DNA of 64,000 nucleotides from Chrysemys picta bellii (Eukaryota): NCBI RefSeq assembly GCF_011386835.1, contig NC_088802.1, positions 3,286,001 to 3,350,000 of the forward strand, read 5' to 3'. Shown piece by piece: positions 33,737 to 46,648 of this stretch (position 1 is its first letter; each line of letters starts with the position of its first letter). The notes under the pieces were generated by a model. It saw only the letters and a program-made list of their open reading frames with translations, ran no database searches and was not told where the DNA came from. The position numbers and the translations under genes were made by a program.

Positions 33737-36357
33737 AAAAGACGGTTACTCACCTGTGTAACTGTTGTTCTTCGAGATGTGTTGCTCATCCCCATTCCAA
33801 TTAAGTGTGTGCGCGCCGCATGCACGATCGTCAGAAGATTTTTACCCTAGCAACACCCGGTGGGTCGGCTGAGGCGCCCCCTGGAGTGGCGCCCTTATGG
33901 CGCCAGATATATGCCTCTGCCGACCCAGCGCCCCCTCAGTTCCTTCTTGCCGGCTACTCCAACAGCGGGGAAGGAGGGCGGGTTTGGAATGGATATGAGC
34001 AACACCTCTCGAAGAACAACAGTGACAAAGGTGAGTAACCGTCTTTTCTTCTTCGAGTGCTTGCTCATCTCGATTCCAGTTAGGTGACTCCCAAGCCTTA
34101 CCTAGGCGGTGGGGTCAGAGTTAGATGTCGCGGCGTGAAGGACCGCTGGGCCAAATGCCACATCATCCCTGGACTGCTGCACTATGGCATAGTGGGAAGC
34201 GAAGGTATGCACGGATGACCAAGTTGCCCCTCTACAGCTACCCTTAGCTACCCTGAGCTGCAGACCACCTGTAGAATAAATCTTGTGCCCGAACAAATCC
34301 AGGCGCCTCGCGTCCTTGGACTTCGGGGTGGGCGCTTGTTGGCCATGTCTCTCCCTCTCGTTTACAGACTGTACAACGAGGGAGCAAGGTTGGGGGTGGA
34401 CATACAAATATTCATAATCCTTAGAGAGCACCATGTATGTCCTCTCCACCCCTCTGGCCGTGGGAGGGATAGACGCCGGGGACTGCCAGATCGTATTGGC
34501 ATTAGCCTGAATGGTCTGAATGGACGGTAAGGCTACACGTGTGCGAGCATCGGCCGATTAAAATGTCCACCACAGGATCCTCAACTTCCACCACCTCCTC
34601 CACCTGTAGGTTCATGTTCTGTGCCACCCTACGCAGCAGCTCCTGGTGTGCACGAAGATCTATAGGTGGTGGGCCAGAGGAGGACGTGCCTGCCATGGCC
34701 TATTCAGGCGAGGATGAGGAGGACAATCCCTGGACTAGTGGATCCTGGGGAAGGTCTGGTTGAGGATCTGGTTGCCCTAGGTCCACCCCACTAGGGGCAT
34801 GAGCCTGTTCAGGTGGCAGGGCGGTCGCCTCCGAGGCTATCGGGAGGGGACGGCTCACAGTGGCCTCAGGCACCCAAGGCTCCGAATGAGCCGAGCGAGA
34901 AGCGCCTGAGGGGACACTTTGGGCTTGGTGGTATGCCCAAGGAGTCCAGAAGGACCATTGTGGGGGTCCCTGGTCAGGGTCCTGTCCTTCATCCGGCCCC
35001 TGGCTAGCGCCATCCGCGTCTTGGCCCTGGATGTGGTAGCCACTCGCCGCTTGGGATGACGTCGAATTTGGACATGAAGGCCAAGGTGGTGCTGAACACG
35101 CCTGCTGCGTTGAACCGTCACGCTGTGTCAGTCCGCGCCTGGGAGCTGGGGACCGGCGCCAGGGTCCCGAGTGGTACCGGGATCGGGACCGACGGTCATA
35201 ACGATGCCGGGAGGCTGATCTAGATCTCGACGAGGACCGACAGTGCGGATGGTGCCGGGATCGGCTGCGAGATGATCGGTGCCAGGACCGGTGCTGGGAG
35301 CTGGATCAGTACCGATCATACCGAGAGGGAGACCTTCGGGAGGCGGAGCGGCGCCGTGAGTACGACCGACGCCGAGATGGGGATCGGTGCCGAGACCGCG
35401 ACCTGGACCGAGACCGAGATCGGTGCCGAGCTGTCTCACTCTGCGATGGAGGTCGCATGAAGGCTGGCTTCCCTATAGATGGAACAGTCTGCACCGGCGG
35501 TGCTGGAGGGTGAGATGATCCAGGCTCAGTTAGTGCGATCAGGTCGCAAGCGGTGGAGGTCTCCGGAGTGGATGGCAGGCCAAGCTCAACCACGGTGTGC
35601 ACCGGGGAGCTTATATGCACCGGACTCAAGGGCGCTTGTGGTGCCGGAATCGACGGTGCCGGAGTTGGCGCCTTCACAGTGCGGTGTGGCACGGTGCGCT
35701 GCTCCACTGGGGCCCCAGGTGATGCTTGCAACTGCAGAGCAGCAGCAGATGGATTGTGCTGCTTCTTGGGCCGTGGAGATAGTGAACGGTGCCGCGTCTG
35801 TACCGGTGCCAGAAACGTCCGGTGCCGAGAGACTTTGCTGGTGCCGGGTCGTTCCGGTGTCAGAGGCGAGCTTCGGACCGACGGTGCCTGATCCGCGGGC
35901 AGTACCCAGGGCACCGGGCTAAGTGCTGCTTCCATTAGGAGCTGTTTTAAACAAAAGTCCCGCTCCTTTTTTGTCCGAGGCTTGGCCTTACAAATGCGGC
36001 ACTTATCGGGTTGATGAGCTTCCCCGAGGCACTTCAAGCAGGAGTTGTGGGGGTCTCCTGTGGGCATCGGCTTGAGACAGGCCGAGCAAGGCTTGAAACC
36101 CGGAGACCTGGGCATGAGCTAGGGATGTGGAGGTCAGCTATGCCGCTCTCCACAGTTCCAACGACCATCACGGGCGGTAAGAAGGAACTGAGGGGGCGCT
36201 GGGTCTGCAGGGGCATATATCCAGCACCATAAGGGCGCCACTCCAGGGGGTGCCTCAGCCGACCCATCGAGTGTTACTAGGGTAAAAGTCTTCCGACGAT
36301 CGTGCACGTGGTGCGTGCACACCTAATTGGAATCGATATGAGCAAGAACTCGAAGAA
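33737..36357 (-). mobile_element. Internally deleted DIRS1-like tyrosine-recombinase retrotransposon
   Basis: Inverted terminal repeats (~33737-33960 and ~36170-36357) and an internal complementary region at ~34010-34085. ORF1 starts MPRSPGFKPCSACLKPMPTGDPHNSCLKCLGEAH at 36115, followed by further ORF1-like segments (AHQELLRRVAQN; DARRLDLFGHKIY) and a recombinase-type C-terminus (ATWSSVHTFASHYA). No RT/RNaseH recognised. Confidence 0.85.
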
Positions 36358-37575
36358 TATCTTTTATTGGACCAACTGCTGTTGGGGAGTGAGCCAAGCT
36401 TTCGAGCCTCAGCAAGCTCATCTGCGGGGCTAGGAAAGGGCCTCCCAGCATCCCAGCGAAATCCAAGGGGGAGCAGATTGTTTAGCATAAGGAGTTAACA
36501 CACATTGCAAGAGACCCTTCAAGATGAAGTGGGCAATTAAACCATCTGCAGTCCTAGGACAATGGGGTAGCGGGCTCCAGATTGTTGTAAGGAGACGGCA
36601 AACCAGCGTCTCTGTTCAGGCCAGGAGTTTGTGTCCGGCAGTTAGGGATTTAAGCTCTGGGGCTCGTCTTTGGAAAGTGTTGTGCTGGTTTCCTTTGAGG
36701 ACTAGTATGGAGAGGTCAGATATGGAGTGATCACCATGTGAAAAGTGTTCACCCACAGGGGAGCGGGTGTTTTTTGTCATTTGAGAGCGCATAGGGCCTG
36801 TTGGGGCATTCAGCGCACTAGGCGAGGTACCTACGTGTCCTGAGAGGCAGGGGTAGGACCAGTGGATCGTGAAAGGTGCATTGGGGGAGCGTTGATCATT
36901 GTAGCAGTGGAGCTATGGCTGCAGGTTTTGCATCTGTTCCCTCTCCAGTGACCCACGCAGCCCCTTCCCCACCCCAGAGGAGGGAGCAGCATGGCCAGGT
37001 ATCCAGCCAGAGCCCTGGGGGGAGTCTCCTGTGTACTCCCCCGGGCAGGGGGCCAGGGCAGGGTGGCTTCCACAGCCCAGCTGCTGCTCTGCTCAGTGTC
37101 TGGGGGTGGGGGGATACGCAGACCCCAGACGGGATCGAGGCCCTTTTGCACTGGTGTTGTCCAGCCGCCAGGCCAAGGCGCTGACGGGCTAAACAGGAAT
37201 AAATGGGCTGAGACCTGAGAGAACCAGGGTCTATTCCCGGCTCTACCAGGGCCCTCCTGGGTCACCTTGGGTCAGTCACTGCACCCCTCTGTGCCTCAGT
37301 TTCCCCATCTGTACAACATGGACAATGACACCCCCCTCCTTTGTGAAGCACTTTGAGCTCTGCAGTGGGAAAGTGCTAGATAAGAGCCAGGGATGGGTCC
37401 TGGTCTGTGGGGAGTTTGTTTTGATGACGAGCTTGGTGAGACTGGGGGTTGTTTGAAGGCCGGAAGAGGGGGTTTGCAGAAGATTTCTTTCAAGGTAGGG
37501 TCCTTAACGAGTGTGGGGTGCAACTGTTTGATGATACCCCGGATGGGTTCCTGCCTGGGGTGGGGTGCGGTTGAT
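36358..37575 (-). mobile_element. Penelope-like element fragments (36358-36800 and 37396-37575) split by an unrelated segment
   Basis: The minus strand encodes EPIRGIIKQLHPTLVKDPTLKEIFCKPPLPAFKQPP and, further 3', PVGEHFSHGDH; both are typical of Penelope ORFs around the GIY-YIG domain. Confidence 0.65.
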
Positions 37576-40171
37576 GGCTTCGTTTTATTTTCCATATTGA
37601 CGTTTTTGAACGTGAATGTCATAGTTAGAGGAGTCCAGTTCATGATCATAAGAAGAACTTCACCATACTTTCCATTACTGTGATCTCCAAACAATGTGGT
37701 TATGGAGTAGGACTGTGCTGAGGATGGTGATAAGTGGTAAGTAATTTCTGCTAAATGACTTGTGGCTTTGCTCATCACATTCACACGCTTTAGCTTTGCT
37801 GTGTGATTGTTCACATCCGTGAGACTCCCCAGACACTTCTGCCCTTAAAATAACCTTTCCTCGGGGCTTGCTGGTTTAAAAACAAAGCTGAAAAAAGTCC
37901 AGCCTTCCCATTTCAAGGGGGCGAGAGCCTCTGTCATGCAGCGGAGAAACATGGGAGAAGTTTCTTTACGAAGTGTTATGTTTCGTGGGCTGTGCGCATA
38001 CATACACACACACACACACACACAAGTTAGGTTAAACCCATCAAGACTCTTCCTGGAAGCAAGATAACACACAAGAAGCAAAACCAGGAGTGAGAAAACA
38101 GGCTGCTCCCCAAGGCAGCGAGGCCCAGCTCAACTCCCCTGGTTCAAGTCTGGTTCTTGGGGGACTGTCTCAGATTTCAGGCTTCCCGACAGAGCCCCGT
38201 TGGCTGCCAGCAGGAGCAGGAAACCCCCCATTGCATTTAAAGTAATAGCACTACAATTTTAATAGTCCAACCTTAAGCAGCACCAGCTGCCCCGTACGTC
38301 ATTGAATACCGGTGGGTGCTTCCCAAAGGAGTTTCAATCTAGCCCCGCTCTGCCCCGTTTTGGCTGGGCTAGGGAAGCACCAGCATTGCGCTCTCTGGCC
38401 GTGCTATGTTTAAACACCACAGCCCATCGGCTCCAGGCTCTCAGGGAATGTTCGAGGCGTCGCTGGGCAGAAGCCTAGTGGGTTTGGGGGGCAATCCGAA
38501 GGGGGAAGTGCGGGGGACACACGGAGCACCCCGGCTTCTGGTCTGTAGAGCGAAGGATGGGTTCATGGCCCTATTACCGCCTCCCAGCATGAGTAGAGCT
38601 GGGGTTGCTGTTTGCTCATCATCCCAATTGAGTTTAACGTGTGGGCGCCCTCAGTGACTGAGCTCCGAGCCAGAGCCAGAAATGAAACCAGAGTGGGGGG
38701 GGGGCTGTCATGGGGTGGGGGGTGTTCAGAGCTCCTGATGGGGAGAAATGGCATGGGGGGATAAGGCAGTGTGGGGCACAGGAGACTCTGGTGGAAGGGG
38801 GGAATGGATGGGGGCACAGAGCCCCAGCCGGGGGGGGAGGGCATTAGAGCCCCTGACAGAGGGGGAGTGGGTTCCCTGGAGGTACGGGAGGGTGGCACCC
38901 AGGGAGGTTGTGGGGGGCATGGAGGGGTCCAGGAGTCCTGGCGGATGCGGTGAGCTCAACATCTCTGACATCCTGCCCCCTGCTAGTGTAATGGGGGGGG
39001 GGGGGGAAAGGGGGGAAGGTTAAGCTGGGGGAGGGGGTGAGAATCTGAAAGCCAATGGGTCCAGTCCCTGCACTTCCCCAGCCCCTTACAAGGCAACATC
39101 TCACACATCCCACGCAAACCTCAGGTCCCCCGGAGCTGAGTGACCCCCCGAGGAGCTGCCGGGCGCAGTCACTGCTGTCTACACTCAGCACCGGGCTCTG
39201 GTTTCCAGCATCGCTGACAGGAGGAAGCAAGCGGGCGCAGCTGGGCGGTTCGTGGTAAGGCTTTTCTCTGCCCCTGGTGGGCAGGTTGGGCGGGAGGGGG
39301 GAGGTTGGTTGGTTTTTTTTTTTTTTTTAAAGAAACAAACAAAAAGCCCCTGGCCTAGTGAAATTCTCACCCGGCAAATCAGAGAGCGATCGGGGCCAGC
39401 GGGGGGCAAATCAGAGAGCAATCGGGGCCAGCGGGGCTGTGAATAACCCGGCTCTCTCCGGATCCCAGCAGGCTCAACTCTGAGCACTTCGTAGTCCAGC
39501 TTCTCCCACGTCCCGGCCCAACCTGCTCCTTAATGGAGAGTAGCAGGGAGCTCAGTGACTCCAGCACCACCGAGCCGGGGCTGGTCTGCACTAAAAACAT
39601 CCATCAGCAGAAAAATCCACTCCCCACCAGTGTAGTTACACTGACCTAAGTCTCTGTGTAGTCAGTGCTAGGTGGCTGGACAAATTCTTCCGCTCTCTGA
39701 GATAAGACCAGTAAGCAGTGGTATCCCCCAGATGCCACCACTTGTCCTGACAAAATGAGATGTGGTGATTGTCATAGTCCGACACCCCCTTTTCTCAGGG
39801 CTTTAATGGGCAGTGAAATGCATCATGTTTTCTATGTTGGGTATAGGAGTTATCGCCCCCTTGACATGCATGGGGTAGGTCTCCTTTCTCAGAGCAATCG
39901 GCTCAGGCTTTCTGCAGACTTAGGCAGCGTCGCTGCACCAGTTACACTCAGGAGACAGGTGTTTGTGTGTGTGGAGGAGGGTAAATGATGTGTGGTGAGG
40001 AGAAGAACCTGTCCTGGTCCGATCATAAACTTGGGGTGTATCAGTCTCTAAAGAAAACAACTCCTGGGATGTCAAGCCTGAATCTGTAGCACCAAGCTGT
40101 ATAGTTTAAAAAAAAATGGAAAAAAGAAGGCAAATGTACTTGAGGGTAAGTGCATAAAACGTACGTTCAAA

Positions 40172-40182
40172 GAAACTGAAAG
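40172..40182 (+). promoter_or_regulatory. IRF-binding/ISRE-like motif upstream of gene A
   Basis: GAAACTGAAAG matches the IRF-E consensus GAAA(G/C)(T/C)GAAA(G/C); 1.4 kb upstream of the ATG. Function untested. Confidence 0.35.
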
Positions 40183-40689
40183 GCAACAACTTGACTGATC
40201 CCACAAGGCACACTTGGCCGGTGGAACTCCTTGCCACAAGACAAGCTTGCACCCAACCGCTCTGGAAGATTAAAAAGAAGGCTCAGACACTTGCAATGGA
40301 GAATGAGTCCAGCCACGAATTAGAATAGTGAGGATTAAGAAATAAACCCTCAGGATCTGGTGAGGCTCTAACCTTCCTGCTTCAGAGTGAAAACCAACCA
40401 TCAGCTACTGCAAGTCAGGAGGGAACGTTCCATGCGGGGAGATTATCCACCGTGTCCTATTGCCTAGTTCTGACACCATCCTCTGAAGCAGGTGATGGTG
40501 GCTGCTGTCAGAGAGGAGACCGTATGCTATGCAGACGATATTCCCAGAGCTGATCTAGTCGGACAAGTCCTCCGTGCAGCCCTTTCTGCCTACTGCATTC
40601 AGCACATGAATTCCTTAGTAGTATTAACTGTTAGTATTACAGGAGCGCCTATGGGCCCCAACGGGGATTGGGACCCCTTTGGACTGGGC

Positions 40690-40935
40690 ACAGCACAGAC
40701 CCACAGCGAGAGACCGTCCCTGCCCCAGCTGAGATCAGGGCCCCATGGTGCCGGGCGCTGCCCAGACACACAGCGAGAGACAGTCCCTGCCCCAGCTGAG
40801 ATCAGGGCCCCGTTGTGCTGGGCGCTGCCCAGACACACAGCGAGAGACAGTCCCTGCCCCACCTGAGATCAGGCCCCGTTGTGCCGGGTGCTGCCCAGAC
40901 ACACAGCGAGAGACAGTCCCTGCCCCAGCTGAGAT
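40690..40935. repeat. 67-bp tandem repeat (4 units)
   Basis: CACAGCGAG anchor at 40702, 40769, 40836 and 40902. Confidence 0.8.
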
Positions 40936-41561
40936 TAGGATCTAACTTGACAATAGCAGAGGAAGGCAGTTGGACCAGTGGTTAGGCAGCTAATTTTAGA
41001 CGAGACCCACATTCAGTTCTGACTTGGGGCCAGGTTTTTCAAGGTGTCTAACTCCCATTGACTTAAGTGGGAGTTAGGTGCCTAGACACCTTTGAACATC
41101 TGGTGCTTAGTTTTTCTGTGCCTCCGTTCCCATCCCTGCTATGAGGATGACAGGTCTGCCCTGCCTCCCTGAGGGGTGGGAGAGTAAAACATAAGAGATT
41201 GTGAGGTGCTTAGATACTGCTGTAAAGTGGGTCAGAGACATACCTAAGAGAGAAAGAAAGGCAGGATTATTAGCCCCATTGTACAGATAGAACCCAGGAT
41301 TCTAAGTCCCAGCCCACCCCCATGCTAACACCTTAGACTCCACTCCCCTCCCAGAGCTGGGGGGAGAACCCAGGAGTCGTGACTTCCCCTCCCCCCCCCG
41401 CACTAACCCACTAGTACATGTTTCTTAGTAGGGAAGGGATCACATCTTCCCAGGTCTTTGTCCCACACCCAGCACAATGGAGCCTTTATCCTAATTGGGT
41501 GCTACTCTAAAATACACATTTAATAATAATTAATAATATTTTCAGGGTTACTGGCTGCACA

Positions 41562-43649
41562 ATGGCAGATGAAGACAAAAAGTCCCAGGCACTGGTTAAA
41601 GCTGAGTTGAGTGTCAGCAAAGCCAAGGATGTGCGGAAGGAGACGGAGTTGAGGATGAAGTCCTATGCCAACTGGGAGGAGTTCCTCATGCCAGCCCCCA
41701 TCTCCATCGCCATCCTGGGGCAACTAGTTTTCATTTCAGCGGGACAGGGTGACTTCTCCATCAATAAGAACCCCCCTCAGGGCGGCTTCAAGCACATCAA
41801 ATACCCAGAATCCTTCAGGGCCTGCTTGTGTCAAGTCAGTAACCAAGGCTGGGCGGCCTTCAACACCGCACATGTCAATATGGACCAGATCAGACTCCTC
41901 TCCATGAGTGTCCCAGGACGGATGAAGGCGATTGTTAAAATTCTGTTCCAGGACATGGAGACGGTGAATGCCATGCTGCCGACGCACCTAAAGAACATGA
42001 AGGCCGTGGCAGACGACTGCAAAGACTTAGCGCAGGGGGTGAAGGACAAGTATTCAGATGTCATCTACCTGATCCAGGAGCTGATGGAGGCCTGTTTGAA
42101 TGCCAAGAAAAGTTATGAGGATGAGCTGAAAGACATCCAGATAGCGCTGCAGCAAGCACAGATCAAGGAGAAAGCGGCCCAGGAGGCACAGAAGCTGGCT
42201 GAGCAGTATCACAACCAGATGAAGCAGCAGGTCGATGAATCCTTTAAGCAGTACAATGAAGCCATGAAAGCCATCCCCACAGGGTGGGATGCTGTAGGCA
42301 TGGCTTTTGTGGAGAGTATTACAAATGTAATGACCAATACCATCACTGGGGCTACAAGCATGTCCAGGAGAAAACTTGACAAGATGCAAGCTGGGAAAAT
42401 GGAAGGCAGTGCAGCAGATGACCCAGAGCAATTTGACCATGGAAACATAATACCGGCACTCAGCATTTTTGCAAAGTCAGGAACTCTACTGACTTTTGCA
42501 ACGAAGCTCAAAGAGCTAATCAATGAGCAAAATGGCCTCAACATGAAGGAAGTCATCAATGAGAAAACTCAGGAAGTTAACACCAACTGGCTGAAAGACA
42601 ATTTCCTAAAGACGAAGAGCAGCATAGACGGAGAGAATATGTGTGAGCCAAAAAATCAAGCTCAAGAGATCTGCGCATCTGGCCTCTATATCTGTGAACA
42701 GCTGGAAAAGATGGCCTTGTCCGAAAACAAAGGAATGGAAGAAGAAAAGTCTCTCATTGACGAGATCAAACGCTTATACCAAAGAGCATCAGAATTTGAT
42801 TCTTACAGTAAATCCTCAGTGGGATCTCCTGCCTTCACCGCCAAGCCGCCAAACGTGGCAAAATGTCAGCAAGACTCAACGGGAGGATCCGGTGCCCTGC
42901 AAAATGCACATTTGAAGGTCGAACAGAGCCGGGAGATGCTGAAGTCGACCCAGGATGAGTATCAGAGGAGCTTTGAGAACTTCAAGAGGCAGAATGATGA
43001 GCTGATGGAGATCATGTGCACTATGGAGAAATGCAAGGTGCAAGATGTAGATTTTGAGGCAGCCAGGAAGATGCTGATCAAAGGGCTGGAGGCCTTGGGG
43101 AGCGTGAAGGAGCAGTGGGAGAAGATGGTGAGGTTCTTCCAGATGATCTCCAGCCTGATTGACTCCTGCCTCAGTCGGGACATCAAGGAATTTGTGAGCT
43201 CTGTCTCGGACGTACAGAAAATTGAAAATTATTCCTCCAAATCCTTCGTGATAGACACCATCTACACCCAGGCGTTCAATGCTTCCAACGTGGCCCACCT
43301 GGTGCACATGATCTCCGAGACCTACACTGAAGTGTCCAATAAATACCTGATGGATCGAGTGAGCAGCCTGGGGCGACTGATTGCCATGGAAACTTCTGAT
43401 CCAAACTTCAAGTCAGAGCGGGAGGCATTACAGAAAGGTTGCAAAGAGGCCCGCCAAGCCATCTACGACATGGTGATCGAGAAGAAAAAGGAGTTTGATA
43501 GGAGTGTCGAGGCCAGGGTGGAGACGATCGACAGAGAGCTGAAGGCCGTGCTACCCCCCGTGAGCGTGGAAGAGCAGAAGGCAATTGAGGGAGCGGTGAA
43601 ACAGGGGATGAAGGAGCTGACTGTGGAGGAAGAAGATCTGTTTGAGTAG
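41562..43649 (+). CDS. Uncharacterised 695-aa helical/coiled-coil protein (gene A), single coding exon; possible ClyA/Hbl-like toxin fold
   Basis: A 2088-nt uninterrupted ORF with non-repetitive composition, acceptor TTTTCAG at 41545, good Kozak (ACAATGG) and AATAAA at 44770. The fold assignment is inference. Confidence 0.9.
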   Translation: MADEDKKSQALVKAELSVSKAKDVRKETELRMKSYANWEEFLMPAPISIAILGQLVFISAGQGDFSINKNPPQGGFKHIKYPESFRACLCQVSNQGWAAFNTAHVNMDQIRLLSMSVPGRMKAIVKILFQDMETVNAMLPTHLKNMKAVADDCKDLAQGVKDKYSDVIYLIQELMEACLNAKKSYEDELKDIQIALQQAQIKEKAAQEAQKLAEQYHNQMKQQVDESFKQYNEAMKAIPTGWDAVGMAFVESITNVMTNTITGATSMSRRKLDKMQAGKMEGSAADDPEQFDHGNIIPALSIFAKSGTLLTFATKLKELINEQNGLNMKEVINEKTQEVNTNWLKDNFLKTKSSIDGENMCEPKNQAQEICASGLYICEQLEKMALSENKGMEEEKSLIDEIKRLYQRASEFDSYSKSSVGSPAFTAKPPNVAKCQQDSTGGSGALQNAHLKVEQSREMLKSTQDEYQRSFENFKRQNDELMEIMCTMEKCKVQDVDFEAARKMLIKGLEALGSVKEQWEKMVRFFQMISSLIDSCLSRDIKEFVSSVSDVQKIENYSSKSFVIDTIYTQAFNASNVAHLVHMISETYTEVSNKYLMDRVSSLGRLIAMETSDPNFKSEREALQKGCKEARQAIYDMVIEKKKEFDRSVEARVETIDRELKAVLPPVSVEEQKAIEGAVKQGMKELTVEEEDLFE

Positions 43650-46648
43650 ATGGATGCATTGGTGGGGTCCTAGCTACTGGCTCACGCTACGGGCAGTCTC
43701 TATAATCAACCAATTATAGCCCCACCTCACTTCGCTCCAAATATGACCTTTGCTTTGCAAGACCCAAGCTTGAGAAAGGCCAGCGTTGCAGTCAAGGTGC
43801 TGTGCAAGGACACGGCAGACGCTGGTTCTAGTCTTTACTCTGCCACATGCTGTCCATTGTGACCCTGGGCAAGTCACCCTATTTCTCTGTGCTTGGGCTT
43901 CCCATCTGTAAGATAGGGATGTATTGTTACCGCATCTCAGCCATGGGGTAGTTGGGGAGATGAGACACTTAGGTAGTAGTTGGCCCTGATAAGAACCTAC
44001 AGAGAGATTCATGGAGGGGGGAGATGAGGAAAATGCCCATTCTCTATGAAGCAGGATTTATAGATTTTTAGAAACATCACAAGCGACAGAGCTCCCGCTA
44101 CTTGTGCTGGAGAGCAAACTCCACCTTCAATAACACAGGAGAAATTTGCAATGACAGAGAGGGTTGGAGGGGACTGGGAGTCAGTCTTTCCTGTGTCTCA
44201 CTTTGTTAGCTGAAGGGCAAGTCACTTCACCACTCTCTGGGCCTCACATCTGCAAGATGGGGCCATAGCACTTGCTGGACTCACAGGGCCAGGTGTTCAA
44301 GGTACTTAGTCACATAACAGTGCAGATCGGCACCTGGTGGGATTTTAAATTGGATTGTGAGGGGAATTAGGCACCTAGTGGATTGCAAGGGGAGTTAGGC
44401 ACCTAACCAGCTTTGGCACTTTTGAGCGTCCCACTAGGTTCCCATCTGCACTGTTAGGTACTTAAATCCTTTCAGAAACCTGGCCTGCAGGGGTCTGGCC
44501 TAAAAAGGGACCATCTTGTGCCCACTAACGTTGAGGCGAAACTCCCTTTGATTTCGACTGGCCCAGGGTTCCACCTGACAGTTGGAAGGAAATCAGAAGC
44601 TGACCTAGCTGCCTCACTTACGCTGAGTAGTTCCCCTGAGGCGCATGGGGGGATTCAGCCAAATGGTGGTGCACTACACACACCTGGCACGGAACCAACC
44701 ATCAAGTGTGAGCTGCCCAGTTGGTCCTTGGATTTCCTGCTTTGCAGTGCCGCAGCACTGAGCGTTTTCAATAAAGCCTCTGGCATTTACTAGCATTAAG
44801 AAGCCTGTCATTGTTGTTATTTAGTAGAGGAATGCAGAATTAATGTTCTGTGCAGAATTTCATTGTTCCCTGCAGAATTGGTGCTGCAGAGCTCCTGGCC
44901 GCCATTAGGGGCTGCTGGACTCAGCAGAGTCTGGCTGCCCACAAATAGAGGACACAGTGGAGCGGAGGGGGAGCTGGAGGGTTCCCGGCAGCTGCTGTTC
45001 CCAGCATGCCCTGAAGGAAGGAGGCGGCGTGTCCCGCAGTAAGCAGAGTGTCCAGCCCAGTGGGTATGGAGCCTTGGGCAAGATCAGCTCTGCACAGCCC
45101 AGCACTGAAATCACCACAGGAACCTCCATCCACCCCGGTGTGACCAGCATCAGGCTGTGTCTGCCTCGGGATCCTTGGGCTTGGAGGGGATGGGGTGTGG
45201 GTGTCTGGGCAGAGGGAGGCCTGACGCAGCCTCCTCCAGCAACCCCCCAAATACCCCTCCAGTATCCCCCAAATACACACCCTTCAACACCCCCCAAATA
45301 CTCCCCTCCAGTGCCCCCTAACTGTACCCCCTCTCTACCTCCCCATACCTCCTGCATTGTCCTCTATTTGGGAACCTCTATATGGTAACGCTATGGGGAC
45401 AGGATGCAAAAACAAGAATCGACTAATAGATTGGAGGGGCAGCATTTTCCCCCAAGATGTGCCCAGCTGCCACGCATGATGCACCCAGACTGAGGTGCCC
45501 AACAAAAGCATAACAGAGAAACAGGAACTGGGTTGTCATAGGGTTTTTTTTAACTCTCTTCTCCTGGGGGAATCTTCTTTGTTGTTTGGATTGTTACAGA
45601 CAGACTTGCTGACAGGTGTGTTGAAATGAATTACCAAAATAATTGAAACTGGTGTGATTATACTATTACTTTGTCTGATAAAATATGCAGATCTGTGCAG
45701 AATTTTAAAATGTGCACAGAATTTTTAATTGTTTGGCACAGAATTCCCCTAGGAGTCCTTATGCCAGGGGCTCGGTGTGCCTTCTTTGCTCCAATCCCAG
45801 AGTCCCTCATTCCCCCCTCATCATGGCATCTGTATGCCCCCTTTGCCACCTACGCCAGGGGCTCATTTACTTCCTTTCCCCCACCATTCCTACTGCGTTC
45901 CTTTCTCACTGGCAGACCCGTCATTCAGGGTGTTAGCATGTTCCCCTCTCCTGGGGCGATGGGCAGAGCGGAGCTGGGGTGCGGTTATGCTGGAAGATCC
46001 CAATGGCACCATCAGCCGGTTCGCTGACCTATGCCTAACTGCAGAGGTTGTGGAAGCTGCCACATCAGTTAATTGCCAGCTCCCAGCCCTCGCATCTGCC
46101 CCTTACATCAGTACAGCCCCAGACCTGCTCCCTGGTTCCACCACCCGCCCCCCTCATTTGTTCTGTGGTTACGTGAGGCTCTTTCCTATTAAAAACGTTT
46201 ACATTACAGACGTGATGGTGCTTATTGGAGCTGATGCGCCTTGAATTTCAGAACCTCCGGGGAAAGGGTAGATGTGTCCTTGCAATGCAAGGAAGGAATC
46301 AGTCTGTCTAGTAGAAGATCCTATGGACCTGAAGAGGCCACAGAGCTTTTCTATTTGTGAGGAATCAAATAACGATAAAGGGCCAGATTCTGATCTGTGA
46401 CCCAGTGTGAATCCAGAGTGATCCTCCTGCCCTCAATGGAGTCATGGCTGGATTCTGATCTCAATGACCCAGTGTGAATCTGGAGTGACCCTGCTGCACC
46501 AGTTGAGTTGTTCTGTACTTGCCCAGGTGTAACAATGCACAGGTTGGATAACAGCTGTCCTCTGCTAACAACTGGACCCAACATCTGTCTGTGATGCTCA
46601 GAGTTATTTTGTTCTTGCAGGCAGGGGATCATCTCGTGGCAGCTCCCC

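Noticed and set aside
45920-46120. Extra upstream coding exon of gene B
   Set aside because: The frame upstream of the 46649 ATG is open back to the 46620 acceptor, so an N-terminal extension is possible, but I found no convincing donor and phase match.
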